A stretch of DNA of 45,597 bases from Candidatus Methylomirabilales bacterium (GTDB lineage Bacteria > Methylomirabilota > Methylomirabilia > Methylomirabilales > CSP1-5), in assembly GCA_046758505.1 (NCBI GenBank), contig JBHIAH010000015.1:1-45597 (forward strand), written 5' to 3'. The notes below the pieces were generated by a model, which was not told where the DNA came from, made no database searches, and saw only the letters and a list, made by a program, of their open reading frames with translations. Positions within the stretch are counted from its first letter, which is position 1, and each line of letters starts with the position of its first letter. Positions 27,580-36,249 of the stretch are shown piece by piece. Made by a program: the position numbers and the translations under genes.

Positions 27580-28689
27580 GTGGGGGAGCCGGTGAAGCGT
27601 CTCACAAAGTTTGTCGCCTATTTTGACCTCCGGGATGCCTGTGGGGAAGCGGGGTGCCCGGTCTGTACGCTCCTCGTGAAGTTCTCCCTGCGCACCATGG
27701 ATCAGTTCATGCACGAACGGGTCACCGATCCCGGATGCCGGGAGGAGCTGTTGGCCTCGCGCGGATTTTGCAACTGGCACGCCTGGATGCTGCCGAAACT
27801 CCGGCACAGCGCCTCCGGGACGGCCGTCATTCACGAGCATCTGCTTCAAAAGGAGCTAAAGGCATTGGGAGAGCTCCGCCGCGCTCATAGAGTCCAACCC
27901 AGATGGCGGGACCTCCTTCGGCGCCTCGTGGGGAGTGGCCGGAAGCCGGGGGCGGGAAGGGGACGAAGGAAGAGGGCGGCGTGCCAGGTGTGCACCGGGG
28001 CGAGAATCTCGGACGAGATCTATCTGAAGACCTGTGTGGAGTTCATTACCGAAGTGGAATTCAGGCGAAGCTTCGAGCAGTCTGCCGGCCTCTGCCTTCC
28101 CCATCTGTATCTGGCAGCGTCCATGGAGCCGACACACCCAAACCTCCCACAGTTGCTCGAGCTCCAGACGGGGAAAATCGAAGCGGTCCGTGCGGATCTT
28201 TCCGTGTTTATTCGCAAGCAGGATTACCGGTTCATGGACGAGCCGGTTGGCAAGGAGGGGTCGGCCTGGGTGCGGTCGATCGAGCTTCTTACCGGAAAGC
28301 CGGGTGTCTTTGGGCCCGATCGGCCCCGGATCCCCCTGACACCCGAGCTGCGCGGCACGGCCTCGGCCCTCCTCCACTCCGAGGAGACAGCGTCTGAGGA
28401 CCGGGATGCACTGCAGCGCGAGAACGAGCGCCTCCGGTTCGAGAATGAAAAGCTCCGGCGGCGCATTGATGAGATCTCCAAGCTCTGGTCCGAGGAGAGC
28501 AGCCGGGCGGCGTCGCTCCACTTCCAGGTCTTCGAACTGGCCAAGGCGAAGCAGATTCTGGAGTTCAACCTGGCCGGGGCGCAGGGCGAAGGCAAAGGGT
28601 GGGAGGGGGTCGTCTCCCGGCTGCGCGAAGAGATCGCCGCCCTTCAAGAGGAGCTCGCGCAGTTCAAAGAGCGCTCCTCGGCGGAGTAG
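27580..28689 (+). CDS. DUF6062-like Cys/His protein with C-terminal coiled coil
   Basis: RBS AGGAG; duplicated CPVC...GFCNWH and CQVC...GLCLPH units, FIRKQDYRF...W.RSIELL.G; heptad-rich last ~100 aa. Confidence 0.8.
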   Translation: MGEPVKRLTKFVAYFDLRDACGEAGCPVCTLLVKFSLRTMDQFMHERVTDPGCREELLASRGFCNWHAWMLPKLRHSASGTAVIHEHLLQKELKALGELRRAHRVQPRWRDLLRRLVGSGRKPGAGRGRRKRAACQVCTGARISDEIYLKTCVEFITEVEFRRSFEQSAGLCLPHLYLAASMEPTHPNLPQLLELQTGKIEAVRADLSVFIRKQDYRFMDEPVGKEGSAWVRSIELLTGKPGVFGPDRPRIPLTPELRGTASALLHSEETASEDRDALQRENERLRFENEKLRRRIDEISKLWSEESSRAASLHFQVFELAKAKQILEFNLAGAQGEGKGWEGVVSRLREEIAALQEELAQFKERSSAE

Positions 28690-28745
28690 GTGCGAGAGAT
28701 GCATGCCGGCACGGCATGTTGCAAGGGGACGGGATGGACGAGCGG

Positions 28746-29699
28746 CTAGACGAGTTCGAGCATCCGGTGGATGGCGGTCCGGGCCCGGGCGGCGATACCT
28801 TCCGGCACCTTCACCTGAAAGACCATCTCCTGCAGCGAGCGCAGCACCTTCTCGAGGGTGATCCGCTTCATGTACTCGCAGACCGCGTCCTCTTTGAGGG
28901 GGACAAAGGCCTTGTTGGGGTTGCCCTGCTGCAAGGGATACAGGATGCCGGTCTCGGTGGCCACGATGAACTTCTGCGCGGAGGAAGCTGCGCTGCGGCG
29001 GATCATCCCGCTCGTGGAGAGGATGTGAATCCTGTCCTGGAGACCGGGCGCCTCCCGGGCAAAGGCGATGCAGTTCGTGGTGCAGCCGCACTCGGGGTGG
29101 ATAAAGATCTCCTCGGCATCCGGATGAAGGCGCAGGGATTCCTCAAAGTCTCCGGGACGGATCCCGGCGTGCACGTGGCACTCCCCGGGCCAGACGCGGA
29201 TGTTCGTTCGGCCGCTCACCTGGGCGACGTAATCGCCCAGGTAGAGGTCGGGGAGGAAAAGAATCTCGCGATCGGGGGGGATGGCCTGGATGACCTTCGC
29301 GGCATTCGCCGAGGTGCAGCAGTAGTCGCTCTCGGCCTTCACCTCTGCGGTGGTGTTCACGTACGACACCACGACCGCTGCCGGGTGCTCCGCCTTCCAC
29401 TGCCGAAGTTCCTCGGCCGTAATACTGGCGGCCAGGGAGCAGCCCGCCTCGAGATCGGGAAGGAGGACCGTCTTGTCGGGACAGAGAATTGAGGCGGTCT
29501 CGGCCATGAAGTGGACGCCACAAAAGACGATGACGTCGGCATTCGTCTGGGCTGCGGCCTGGGAGAGGCCAAGGGAATCGCCGGTGAAGTCCGCGACATC
29601 CTGGACCTCGGGGACCTGGTAGTTGTGGGCCAGGATGACCGCCTTGGACGCCTCCTTTAATCGGAGGATCTCCCGGCTGACGTCGGTCTGAACTGCCAT
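28746..29699 (-). CDS. nadA: Quinolinate synthase
   Basis: ILAHNYQ, FCGVHFMAETA, AGCSLA, YVNT, CCTSANA, CHVH, HPEC, CEYMK. Confidence 0.98.
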   Translation of the reverse strand: MAVQTDVSREILRLKEASKAVILAHNYQVPEVQDVADFTGDSLGLSQAAAQTNADVIVFCGVHFMAETASILCPDKTVLLPDLEAGCSLAASITAEELRQWKAEHPAAVVVSYVNTTAEVKAESDYCCTSANAAKVIQAIPPDREILFLPDLYLGDYVAQVSGRTNIRVWPGECHVHAGIRPGDFEESLRLHPDAEEIFIHPECGCTTNCIAFAREAPGLQDRIHILSTSGMIRRSAASSAQKFIVATETGILYPLQQGNPNKAFVPLKEDAVCEYMKRITLEKVLRSLQEMVFQVKVPEGIAARARTAIHRMLELV

Positions 29700-29730
29700 T
29701 CTCTTCCCCCCGGGACGACTTTCAGTTATT

Positions 29731-29759
29731 ATGCTAAGGGAATTACCGGGCGAGGTCAA
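29731..29759 (-). promoter_or_regulatory. Sigma70-like promoter of nadA
   Basis: Minus strand TTGACC - 17 bp - TAGCAT. Confidence 0.5.
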
Positions 29760-29765
29760 GTGCGA

Positions 29766-30635
29766 ATGCCTCAAGGCCAATCAGCTACCGTCCCTCTGCA
29801 GGTCCGCCGCTTGGTCGAGCGTGCCCTGGAAGAGGATCTGGCATCCGGGGACCCCACGACGGAGGCCCTGATCACCGATCAGGACCGGGGGAGAGCAGAG
29901 GCCGTGGTCCGGGCACCGGGCGTGCTGGCCGGGACGTGGGTCTTCGGACTCGTCTTCACCACCGTCGACCCCCGGCTCGAGGTTCAGCCGCTGCGCCCGG
30001 AGGGGCATCACCTGACCCCAGGAGAGGGGGTGGCTACCGTGACCGGGTCCTTGGCCAGTATCCTCAGGGGCGAGCGGGTAGCCCTGAACTTCCTGCAGCG
30101 GCTGTCCGGCATCGCTACCGGGACCGCTCGGTTCGTGGCGGCGGTGGCTGGCCTGCCCGTTCGGATCGTGGATACGCGGAAGACCGTCCCGGGCATGCGG
30201 TGGCTCGAAAAGTATGCCGTCCGGATGGGCGGGGGGTTCAACCACCGGATGAACCTGAGCGACGGCATCCTGGTGAAAGACAACCACCTGGTCGTGGTCA
30301 AGGCCCGGGGCGAATCCTTCAAGGCCATGGTGGCTCGACTCCGGGAATGCACGAGTCACCTGCTGAGGGTCCAGGTGGAGGTTGAGACTCTAGACGAGGC
30401 GACCGAGGCGGCAGAGGCGGGGGTGGATGCGCTGTTGCTGGATCAGATGGCGCTCGAGCAGATGGCCGAGGTGGTCCGCCGATACAAGGGGAGGGTGCTC
30501 ATCGAGGCGTCAGGGGGGATCACGCTGGACACCGTGCGACGCGTCGCCGAGACCGGGGTGGACTTCATCTCCGTGGGGGCCCTTACCCACTCCGCTCAGG
30601 CCCTCGACATCAGCCTCGAGGTCCAACCCGCCTAG
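29766..30635 (+). CDS. nadC: Nicotinate-nucleotide pyrophosphorylase (carboxylating)
   Basis: ALEED...GD.TT, ERVALNFLQRLSGIAT, DTRKT.PG, NHR..LSD.ILVKDNH, EASGGI, ISVGALTHS. Confidence 0.98.
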   Translation: MPQGQSATVPLQVRRLVERALEEDLASGDPTTEALITDQDRGRAEAVVRAPGVLAGTWVFGLVFTTVDPRLEVQPLRPEGHHLTPGEGVATVTGSLASILRGERVALNFLQRLSGIATGTARFVAAVAGLPVRIVDTRKTVPGMRWLEKYAVRMGGGFNHRMNLSDGILVKDNHLVVVKARGESFKAMVARLRECTSHLLRVQVEVETLDEATEAAEAGVDALLLDQMALEQMAEVVRRYKGRVLIEASGGITLDTVRRVAETGVDFISVGALTHSAQALDISLEVQPA

Positions 30636-30830
30636 TGCCGCTTCCTGGGACATGTCGGTATCCGTGGTCGGCCTCGCCGTCGGCCTCTGCGTGAGGTCGT
30701 TGCCCCATGGCTCCTTCTCGGCCCGGGCTTCTCGGGGGACCGCAATGCGTTGCAAGGGCGGGTCGGGAAAAGCCCTTGAGCCCCCCCGCGTCCCTGGTAT
30801 AATGAGCCGCAACAGCCTAAGAGGCAAGCG

Positions 30831-32066
30831 ATGGCCGAACTGTTTCAGGTCCTGACACCCACTGAGGCCCTCCACCGACTCCTCGAACACCTTCCCTCGG
30901 ATCCCGTGATCGAGGACGTTCCCGTCCAGGAAGCGCTGGGGCGGGTTCTGGCTACCGATTCGGTGTCGTCCGTCCGCCTGCCTGTTTTTCCGCGCTCCAA
31001 CATGGACGGTTATGCCGTCCGAGCTCAGGACACCTTTGGGGCGAGCGACGGGCTGCCGGCTTACCTGAAGGTGGCCGGGGAGGTCCCCATGGGAGCGGCC
31101 TCGAGCGTGACGGTCCATTCGGGGGAGGCCGTCAGGATCCCGACCGGGGGGATGATCCCGGAGGGGGCCGACGCGGTGGTCATGGTGGAGCATACCCAGG
31201 TCGTGGATCCCACGACGGTTGAAGTCTATCGACCGGTGGCGCCCGGCGAGAATGTGGTCCAAGTCGGCGAGGACGTTAGACAGGGAGAGCGACTCCTCTC
31301 GAGGGGCCATTGCCTCCGCCCCCAGGACGTGGGAGGGCTGTTGGGGGTGGGGATTCTGACGGTGTCCGTGGTTCGGCGGCCTCGCGTCGTGATCATCGCC
31401 ACGGGTGATGAGGTCGTCCCACCCGACGTCGAGCCCGGCCCCGGACAGATCCGGGATATCAACACCTATGTCCTTGCCGCCCTGGTCCGGGAAGCCGGGG
31501 CCACGCCCCACCCTCTGGGGATCGTTGGGGACGACTTTCGGGCCTTACGGGAGGCTGCGGAGCGGGGCATCGCCCTCGGGGATGTCCTGATCATCTCGGC
31601 CGGCAGCTCGGTCAGCACGCGGGATAATACAGCGGAGATCATCCGGGTCCTGGGGAACCCCGGGGTGCTGGCGCATGGTGTGGCCCTGAAGCCGGGCAAG
31701 CCCACGATTCTGGCGGCCTGCGGTGGCAAGCCCGTCTTCGGGCTTCCGGGCAACCCCGTCTCCACGTTCGTGACCTTTGACCTCTTCGTCCGCCCAACCC
31801 TCTATCACCTCGGAGGGACCACACCTCCGGAACGGATCAGGGTCGAGGCCCGCCTGACGAAGAACGTGGCCTCGGCCTTCGGCCGGGAAGACTATATCCC
31901 GGTCCGGTTATTCGAGGAGAGGGGGGAGTGGCTGGCGGAGCCGGTCTTTGGGAAATCGAATCTGATCTACACCCTGGTGAAGGCCCACGGCCTGATCATC
32001 GTCCCGTTGAATGTGGGTGGCCTCTCGGCAGGCCAGACGGTCGAGGTGAGGCGATTCTTGCGATGA
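30831..32066 (+). CDS. moeA: Molybdopterin molybdotransferase MoeA
   Basis: ALGRVLA, RSNMDGYAVR, IPTGG.IPEGADAVVMVE, TGDE, KPGKPT, GLPGNPVS. Confidence 0.96.
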   Translation: MAELFQVLTPTEALHRLLEHLPSDPVIEDVPVQEALGRVLATDSVSSVRLPVFPRSNMDGYAVRAQDTFGASDGLPAYLKVAGEVPMGAASSVTVHSGEAVRIPTGGMIPEGADAVVMVEHTQVVDPTTVEVYRPVAPGENVVQVGEDVRQGERLLSRGHCLRPQDVGGLLGVGILTVSVVRRPRVVIIATGDEVVPPDVEPGPGQIRDINTYVLAALVREAGATPHPLGIVGDDFRALREAAERGIALGDVLIISAGSSVSTRDNTAEIIRVLGNPGVLAHGVALKPGKPTILAACGGKPVFGLPGNPVSTFVTFDLFVRPTLYHLGGTTPPERIRVEARLTKNVASAFGREDYIPVRLFEERGEWLAEPVFGKSNLIYTLVKAHGLIIVPLNVGGLSAGQTVEVRRFLR

Positions 32067-34003
32067 CCCGACGCAAGGTCTATCTCGAACCGATCCCCCT
32101 GGACGAGGCACTCGAGAAATTCTTCGGTGCCCTGGAGGCCCGGGGGCTGCTCGCGCCTCTGCCCGGCGAGCTGGTCCCGTTGGAGGGGGCGCTCGGGCGC
32201 GTGACGGCCGAGCCAATCTGGGCGGCACGTTCGAACCCGCATTACAACGCCGCGGCAATGGATGGCATTGCGATCCGCGCGGAAGATACCCGGGGCGCTT
32301 CAGAGACGGCCGCGGTGCGGTTACAGGGGCGAGAGCGGTTTCGGTGGGTCGATACGGGGGATCCGATCTTCCCCCCGTATAACGCGGTCATTATGCTGGA
32401 GCATCTCTCCGCGGTGAGCGACGAGGAGGTCGAGATCCGGGCCCCTGTGGCCCCGTGGCAGCACGTGCGGGCTATGGGGGAGGACATGGTCGCGACGGAA
32501 TTGATCCTGCCCGAGGGGCATACGCTGACGCCGGCGGACCTCGGGGCTGTGGCCGCATGCGGTTTGGGGGCGGTCGAGGTCCGGCAGCGGTCCCGCGTGG
32601 CCGTCATTCCCACCGGCAGCGAGCTGGTCCCGCCGGGGACATCGGTCAAGCCCGGCGACATCATCGAATTCAATTCCCTGATGCTGGGGGGAATGGTTCA
32701 GCAGTGGGGAGGGGAGGCGAAGCGCTACGGCATCGTCCCGGATGATTTTTTCCAGATCAAGGCCGCGGTCGAGGAGGCGGTGGCGACCCATGATCTGGTC
32801 GTTGTCAATGCCGGTTCCTCCGCGGGCTCCGAGGACTTCACCGCCGCCATCGTGAAAGAGCTCGGGGAGCTTCTGGTGCACGGGATCGCCATCCGCCCGG
32901 GTCACCCGGTGGTGCTCGGGATCGTCCGGGAGAGGCCCGTCATCGGCATCCCCGGCTATCCCGTCTCGGCGGCCATCACCTGCGATCTCCTGGTGAAGCC
33001 GATCCTCTTCCGCTTCCAGGGAGCGGCCGTCCCGGAGCGACCGACCCTCCAGGCGACGATCACCCGAAAGATTCTCTCCCCCCTGGGGGAAGATGAATTC
33101 CTACGGGTCACGGTGGGGAGAGTGGGGAACAAGGTCGTAGCGACCCCCCTCTCGCGAGGGGCGGGGGTGATCATGTCTCTGGTCCGCGCCGACGGCATCG
33201 TCCGGATTCCGCGTTTTTCCGAGGGGGTTCATGCGGGAGCGACCGTCACCGTCGAGCTCCTGCGTCGACCGGAGGAGGTCGAGCGAACCATCGTGGCCAT
33301 CGGGAGCCACGATCTCACGCTCGATGTGCTCGCCAATCGTCTCCAACGAAGCCATCCCCCCCTCCATCTCTCCTCTACCAATGTGGGAAGCCTCGGGGGG
33401 CTGCTCGCCCTGAAACGGGGGGAGACCCACCTCGCTGGGTGCCACCTCTTGGACGAGGAGACGGGGGAGTACAATCTCCCCTACGTGAACCGCCTGCTCC
33501 CCGGGGAGAGGGTCGTGGTGCTGACCCTGGTTCACCGGGACCAGGGACTCATCCTCCCCAAGGGAAATCCGAAGCGGATCACCACCCTGCGGGATCTGAC
33601 CCGCGGGGACGTGGCGTTCGTCAACCGGCAAAAGGGGGCGGGAACCCGGATGTTGCTGGATTATCGGTTGAAACAGCTGGGAATCGATCCGATAGAGATT
33701 ACCGGCTACGCGCGGGAGGAATTCACCCATCTCGCCGTGGCCGCTGCGGTCAAGGCGGGGATGGCCGATGTGGGATTGGGCATCCTGGCCGCGGCCCGGG
33801 CCCTCGATCTGGACTTCGTCCCGCTCTTGAAGGAACGCTATGACCTCATCATCCCCGAAACCCATTTCCGGAGGCCGCTCCTGAAGCCGCTGCTCGACCT
33901 GATCACCAGTGAAGCATTCAAGAAGGAGGTCGAATTGCTGGGTGGCTACGACACCTCGGACACGGGCAAGATGGTGGATACCCTGGGTCACCCGCCGGCG
34001 TGA
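32063..34003 (+). CDS. MoeA fused to a C-terminal PBP-type (molybdate/tungstate-binding-like) domain
   Basis: AAMDGIA, VDTGDP, IRPGHP, IPGYPVSA, then GSHD, VGSLGGL, HLAGCHLLD, VNRQKGAGTR, ADVGLGI. Confidence 0.93.
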   Translation: MTRRKVYLEPIPLDEALEKFFGALEARGLLAPLPGELVPLEGALGRVTAEPIWAARSNPHYNAAAMDGIAIRAEDTRGASETAAVRLQGRERFRWVDTGDPIFPPYNAVIMLEHLSAVSDEEVEIRAPVAPWQHVRAMGEDMVATELILPEGHTLTPADLGAVAACGLGAVEVRQRSRVAVIPTGSELVPPGTSVKPGDIIEFNSLMLGGMVQQWGGEAKRYGIVPDDFFQIKAAVEEAVATHDLVVVNAGSSAGSEDFTAAIVKELGELLVHGIAIRPGHPVVLGIVRERPVIGIPGYPVSAAITCDLLVKPILFRFQGAAVPERPTLQATITRKILSPLGEDEFLRVTVGRVGNKVVATPLSRGAGVIMSLVRADGIVRIPRFSEGVHAGATVTVELLRRPEEVERTIVAIGSHDLTLDVLANRLQRSHPPLHLSSTNVGSLGGLLALKRGETHLAGCHLLDEETGEYNLPYVNRLLPGERVVVLTLVHRDQGLILPKGNPKRITTLRDLTRGDVAFVNRQKGAGTRMLLDYRLKQLGIDPIEITGYAREEFTHLAVAAAVKAGMADVGLGILAAARALDLDFVPLLKERYDLIIPETHFRRPLLKPLLDLITSEAFKKEVELLGGYDTSDTGKMVDTLGHPPA

Positions 34004-34128
34004 GACGCCCTGGTCCGGGTGGCCCCGCTCCTGTTTTCGTGCTCAGCGGGGTGCGCCCCGGGGAAAGGACTCGGTGGGCGTCGAACGCGGGATGAGATTC
34101 TACACGGGATAACGCATCGGAGGGAAGC

Positions 34129-34653
34129 ATGGCGACTTTCGCGGATCGAATGGTCCTAGCGGCGAAGCTCGATGTGGGTGTGTACGAAGAAGTCGAGGCG
34201 GACAAGGGAGCGATGGGCCAGGCGACCGCCGTGGTCGTCCTCTCAAGCCTCGCGGCCGGGATCGGGACGGTGGCCCACGGAGGGCTCGCCGGGATCGTGA
34301 TGGGGACGATCGGGGCCCTCATCGGCTGGTATATCTGGGCGTTTCTCACCTACGTGATCGGAACGAAACTGCTGCCCGAGCCGCAGACGAAGGCCGACAT
34401 GGGGGAGCTCTTGCGCACCATTGGCTTTTCCACCTCGCCCGGACTGATCCGCGTGCTGGCGATCATTCCACTGCTCACGAATCTCGTTTTTTTCGTTGCG
34501 GGTATCTGGATGCTGGTCGCCATGGTGATCGCCGTCAGACAGGCCCTCGATTATCAGGGGACCTTGCGGGCAGTGGGTGTCTGCGTCATCGGGTGGATCG
34601 TGTACATGCTGGTGGTTGGTTTGCTGGTGAGCGCGCTGGGAGGACCGGCGTAG
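34129..34653 (+). CDS. YIP1-family membrane protein
   Basis: YEEVEAD...QA..VV, several TM helices, LLRTIGF...PG, AVRQALD. Confidence 0.8.
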   Translation: MATFADRMVLAAKLDVGVYEEVEADKGAMGQATAVVVLSSLAAGIGTVAHGGLAGIVMGTIGALIGWYIWAFLTYVIGTKLLPEPQTKADMGELLRTIGFSTSPGLIRVLAIIPLLTNLVFFVAGIWMLVAMVIAVRQALDYQGTLRAVGVCVIGWIVYMLVVGLLVSALGGPA

Positions 34654-34750
34654 CCGGTGCTGGTCTCGGGAGACGAGCCCCGCTGCGGAGACGTGGCCGC
34701 GGCCTTGACAAGGTCGGAGACCCGTGGTAGAAGGACCGCGGAGAGCGATC

Positions 34751-34927
34751 ATGCCCATTCCTGCCGGTGAATTCCAACGCCTCAGGGACGAGGAACGGCG
34801 CCGGGCGCTCGCCCACGAGCAGATTCGCCGGGAACGTTGGCGACGACGGTTGCCGTGGCTGCTCCTGGGGGCTGCGATCCTCCTCACGCTGGCCCTGTTC
34901 GGGCCATCCCTCCTTTCTTTGCTCTAA
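34751..34927 (+). CDS. Small membrane protein (58 aa)
   Basis: Promoter TTGACA-17-TAGAAG, RBS GGAG, charged helix followed by one TM segment. Confidence 0.55.
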   Translation: MPIPAGEFQRLRDEERRRALAHEQIRRERWRRRLPWLLLGAAILLTLALFGPSLLSLL

Positions 34928-35217
34928 AAGGTTGGTGAGCAATTAAGAAGAATCCGACCGACTTCCCGACCTCCAGTATCCCGGCCACCTAAGCGCCCCT
35001 TCCCTGGTCTCCCAACGATGTGGAGGGATCTTCTGATCGATCTCGTCTTCCCACCCTCAGTCCCCAAACCAACATCCTGGAAAACGGGACGTCGGTAAAG
35101 CGAACCGTTTGACACCCACCGGCCGGTCTGTAACAATCGGAGGGCATGTCAAAGGGGCGACATCGCCCCTGATAGGAACGATCTACGTGGGTCTCGCCGG
35201 GAAGGGAGGGAAATGCG

Positions 35218-36150
35218 ATGGCGGGGATATCGATGGAAAATCTCGCCCCTTTGTTGCTCAGCACGGGGGCTGCGTTGGTCACGTCCCTGTTGCGCATCGG
35301 ATTGCTCGTTATTGCGGGCTATGTTGGCGCTCGCTTCCTCCGGATGGCGCTGGATCGCCTGGAGTCGATTCTCACCAAGGCGGGGGAACGCACCGAGACC
35401 GTGCCGGGAGCGGCGCAGAAACGGGTGACGACGTTGGTCGGCCTCCTCCGCACGATTTGCCTCGTTCTGCTGTGGGGACTCGTCGTGATCGTTGGCTTGG
35501 ATCAGATCGGGATTGATGTCACCCCGATCCTGGCCGGTGCCGGGATCATTGGGCTGGCGGTGGGTTTTGGGGCCCAGAATCTGGTCCGCGACCTGATCAG
35601 CGGATTCTTCATGGTGCTGGAAAACCAGGTGCGCGTCGGTGACGTGGCCATCGTCAATGGCACGGGGGGCCTCGTCGAGGCCATCACGTTCCGGACGATC
35701 GTGTTGCGTGACCTCGCGGGGGTCGTCCACGTGTTTCCCAACGGCACGATCAATACCCTCTCCAACATGACCAAGGAGTGGTCGGGCTACGTCATGGATG
35801 TGGGGGTGGCTTACAAAGAAGATACCGATCGTGTCGCCGAGGTCATGCGGCGGGTCGCCGAGGAGCTACGACAGGATCCTGAGCTTGGCCGGATGATCCT
35901 GGAACCCATCGAGATATTCGGGGTGGATGAGTTTGCGGATTCCGCCGTCGTGATCAAGGCGCGGCTCAAGACCCAGCCGATCCAGCAGTGGAACGTGGGG
36001 CGGGAGTATCGCCGACGACTCAAGAAGGCCTTTGACGCCGAGGGGATCGAGATTCCCTTCCCCCACCTCTCGATTTACACGGGGGAGGCAACGAAACCCT
36101 TTCAGGTGCAGTTGCAAGAGGCCGCGGCCAGATCGGGAATGGCTGAGTAA
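35218..36150 (+). CDS. mscS: Small-conductance mechanosensitive channel (MscS/YbiO-like)
   Basis: ILAGAGIIGLAVGFGAQNLVRDLISGFF, VGD, G.VE.I.FR, PNG.I...N, IEIPFP. Confidence 0.93.
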   Translation: MAGISMENLAPLLLSTGAALVTSLLRIGLLVIAGYVGARFLRMALDRLESILTKAGERTETVPGAAQKRVTTLVGLLRTICLVLLWGLVVIVGLDQIGIDVTPILAGAGIIGLAVGFGAQNLVRDLISGFFMVLENQVRVGDVAIVNGTGGLVEAITFRTIVLRDLAGVVHVFPNGTINTLSNMTKEWSGYVMDVGVAYKEDTDRVAEVMRRVAEELRQDPELGRMILEPIEIFGVDEFADSAVVIKARLKTQPIQQWNVGREYRRRLKKAFDAEGIEIPFPHLSIYTGEATKPFQVQLQEAAARSGMAE

Positions 36151-36249
36151 GGGGGAGCGGAGCGGATGGCGGATCGGTGCTTGTCGGTGGCGAAGCTCCT
36201 GCGGGCCTGGGATGTCTTCCGGCTGTTGCTGAGGTTCAGGCCGCCGCAA

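Noticed and set aside
30636..30830. Possible Moco/Wco riboswitch upstream of moeA
   Set aside because: No recognisable structure; the putative -10 (TATAAT 30798) leaves too short a leader
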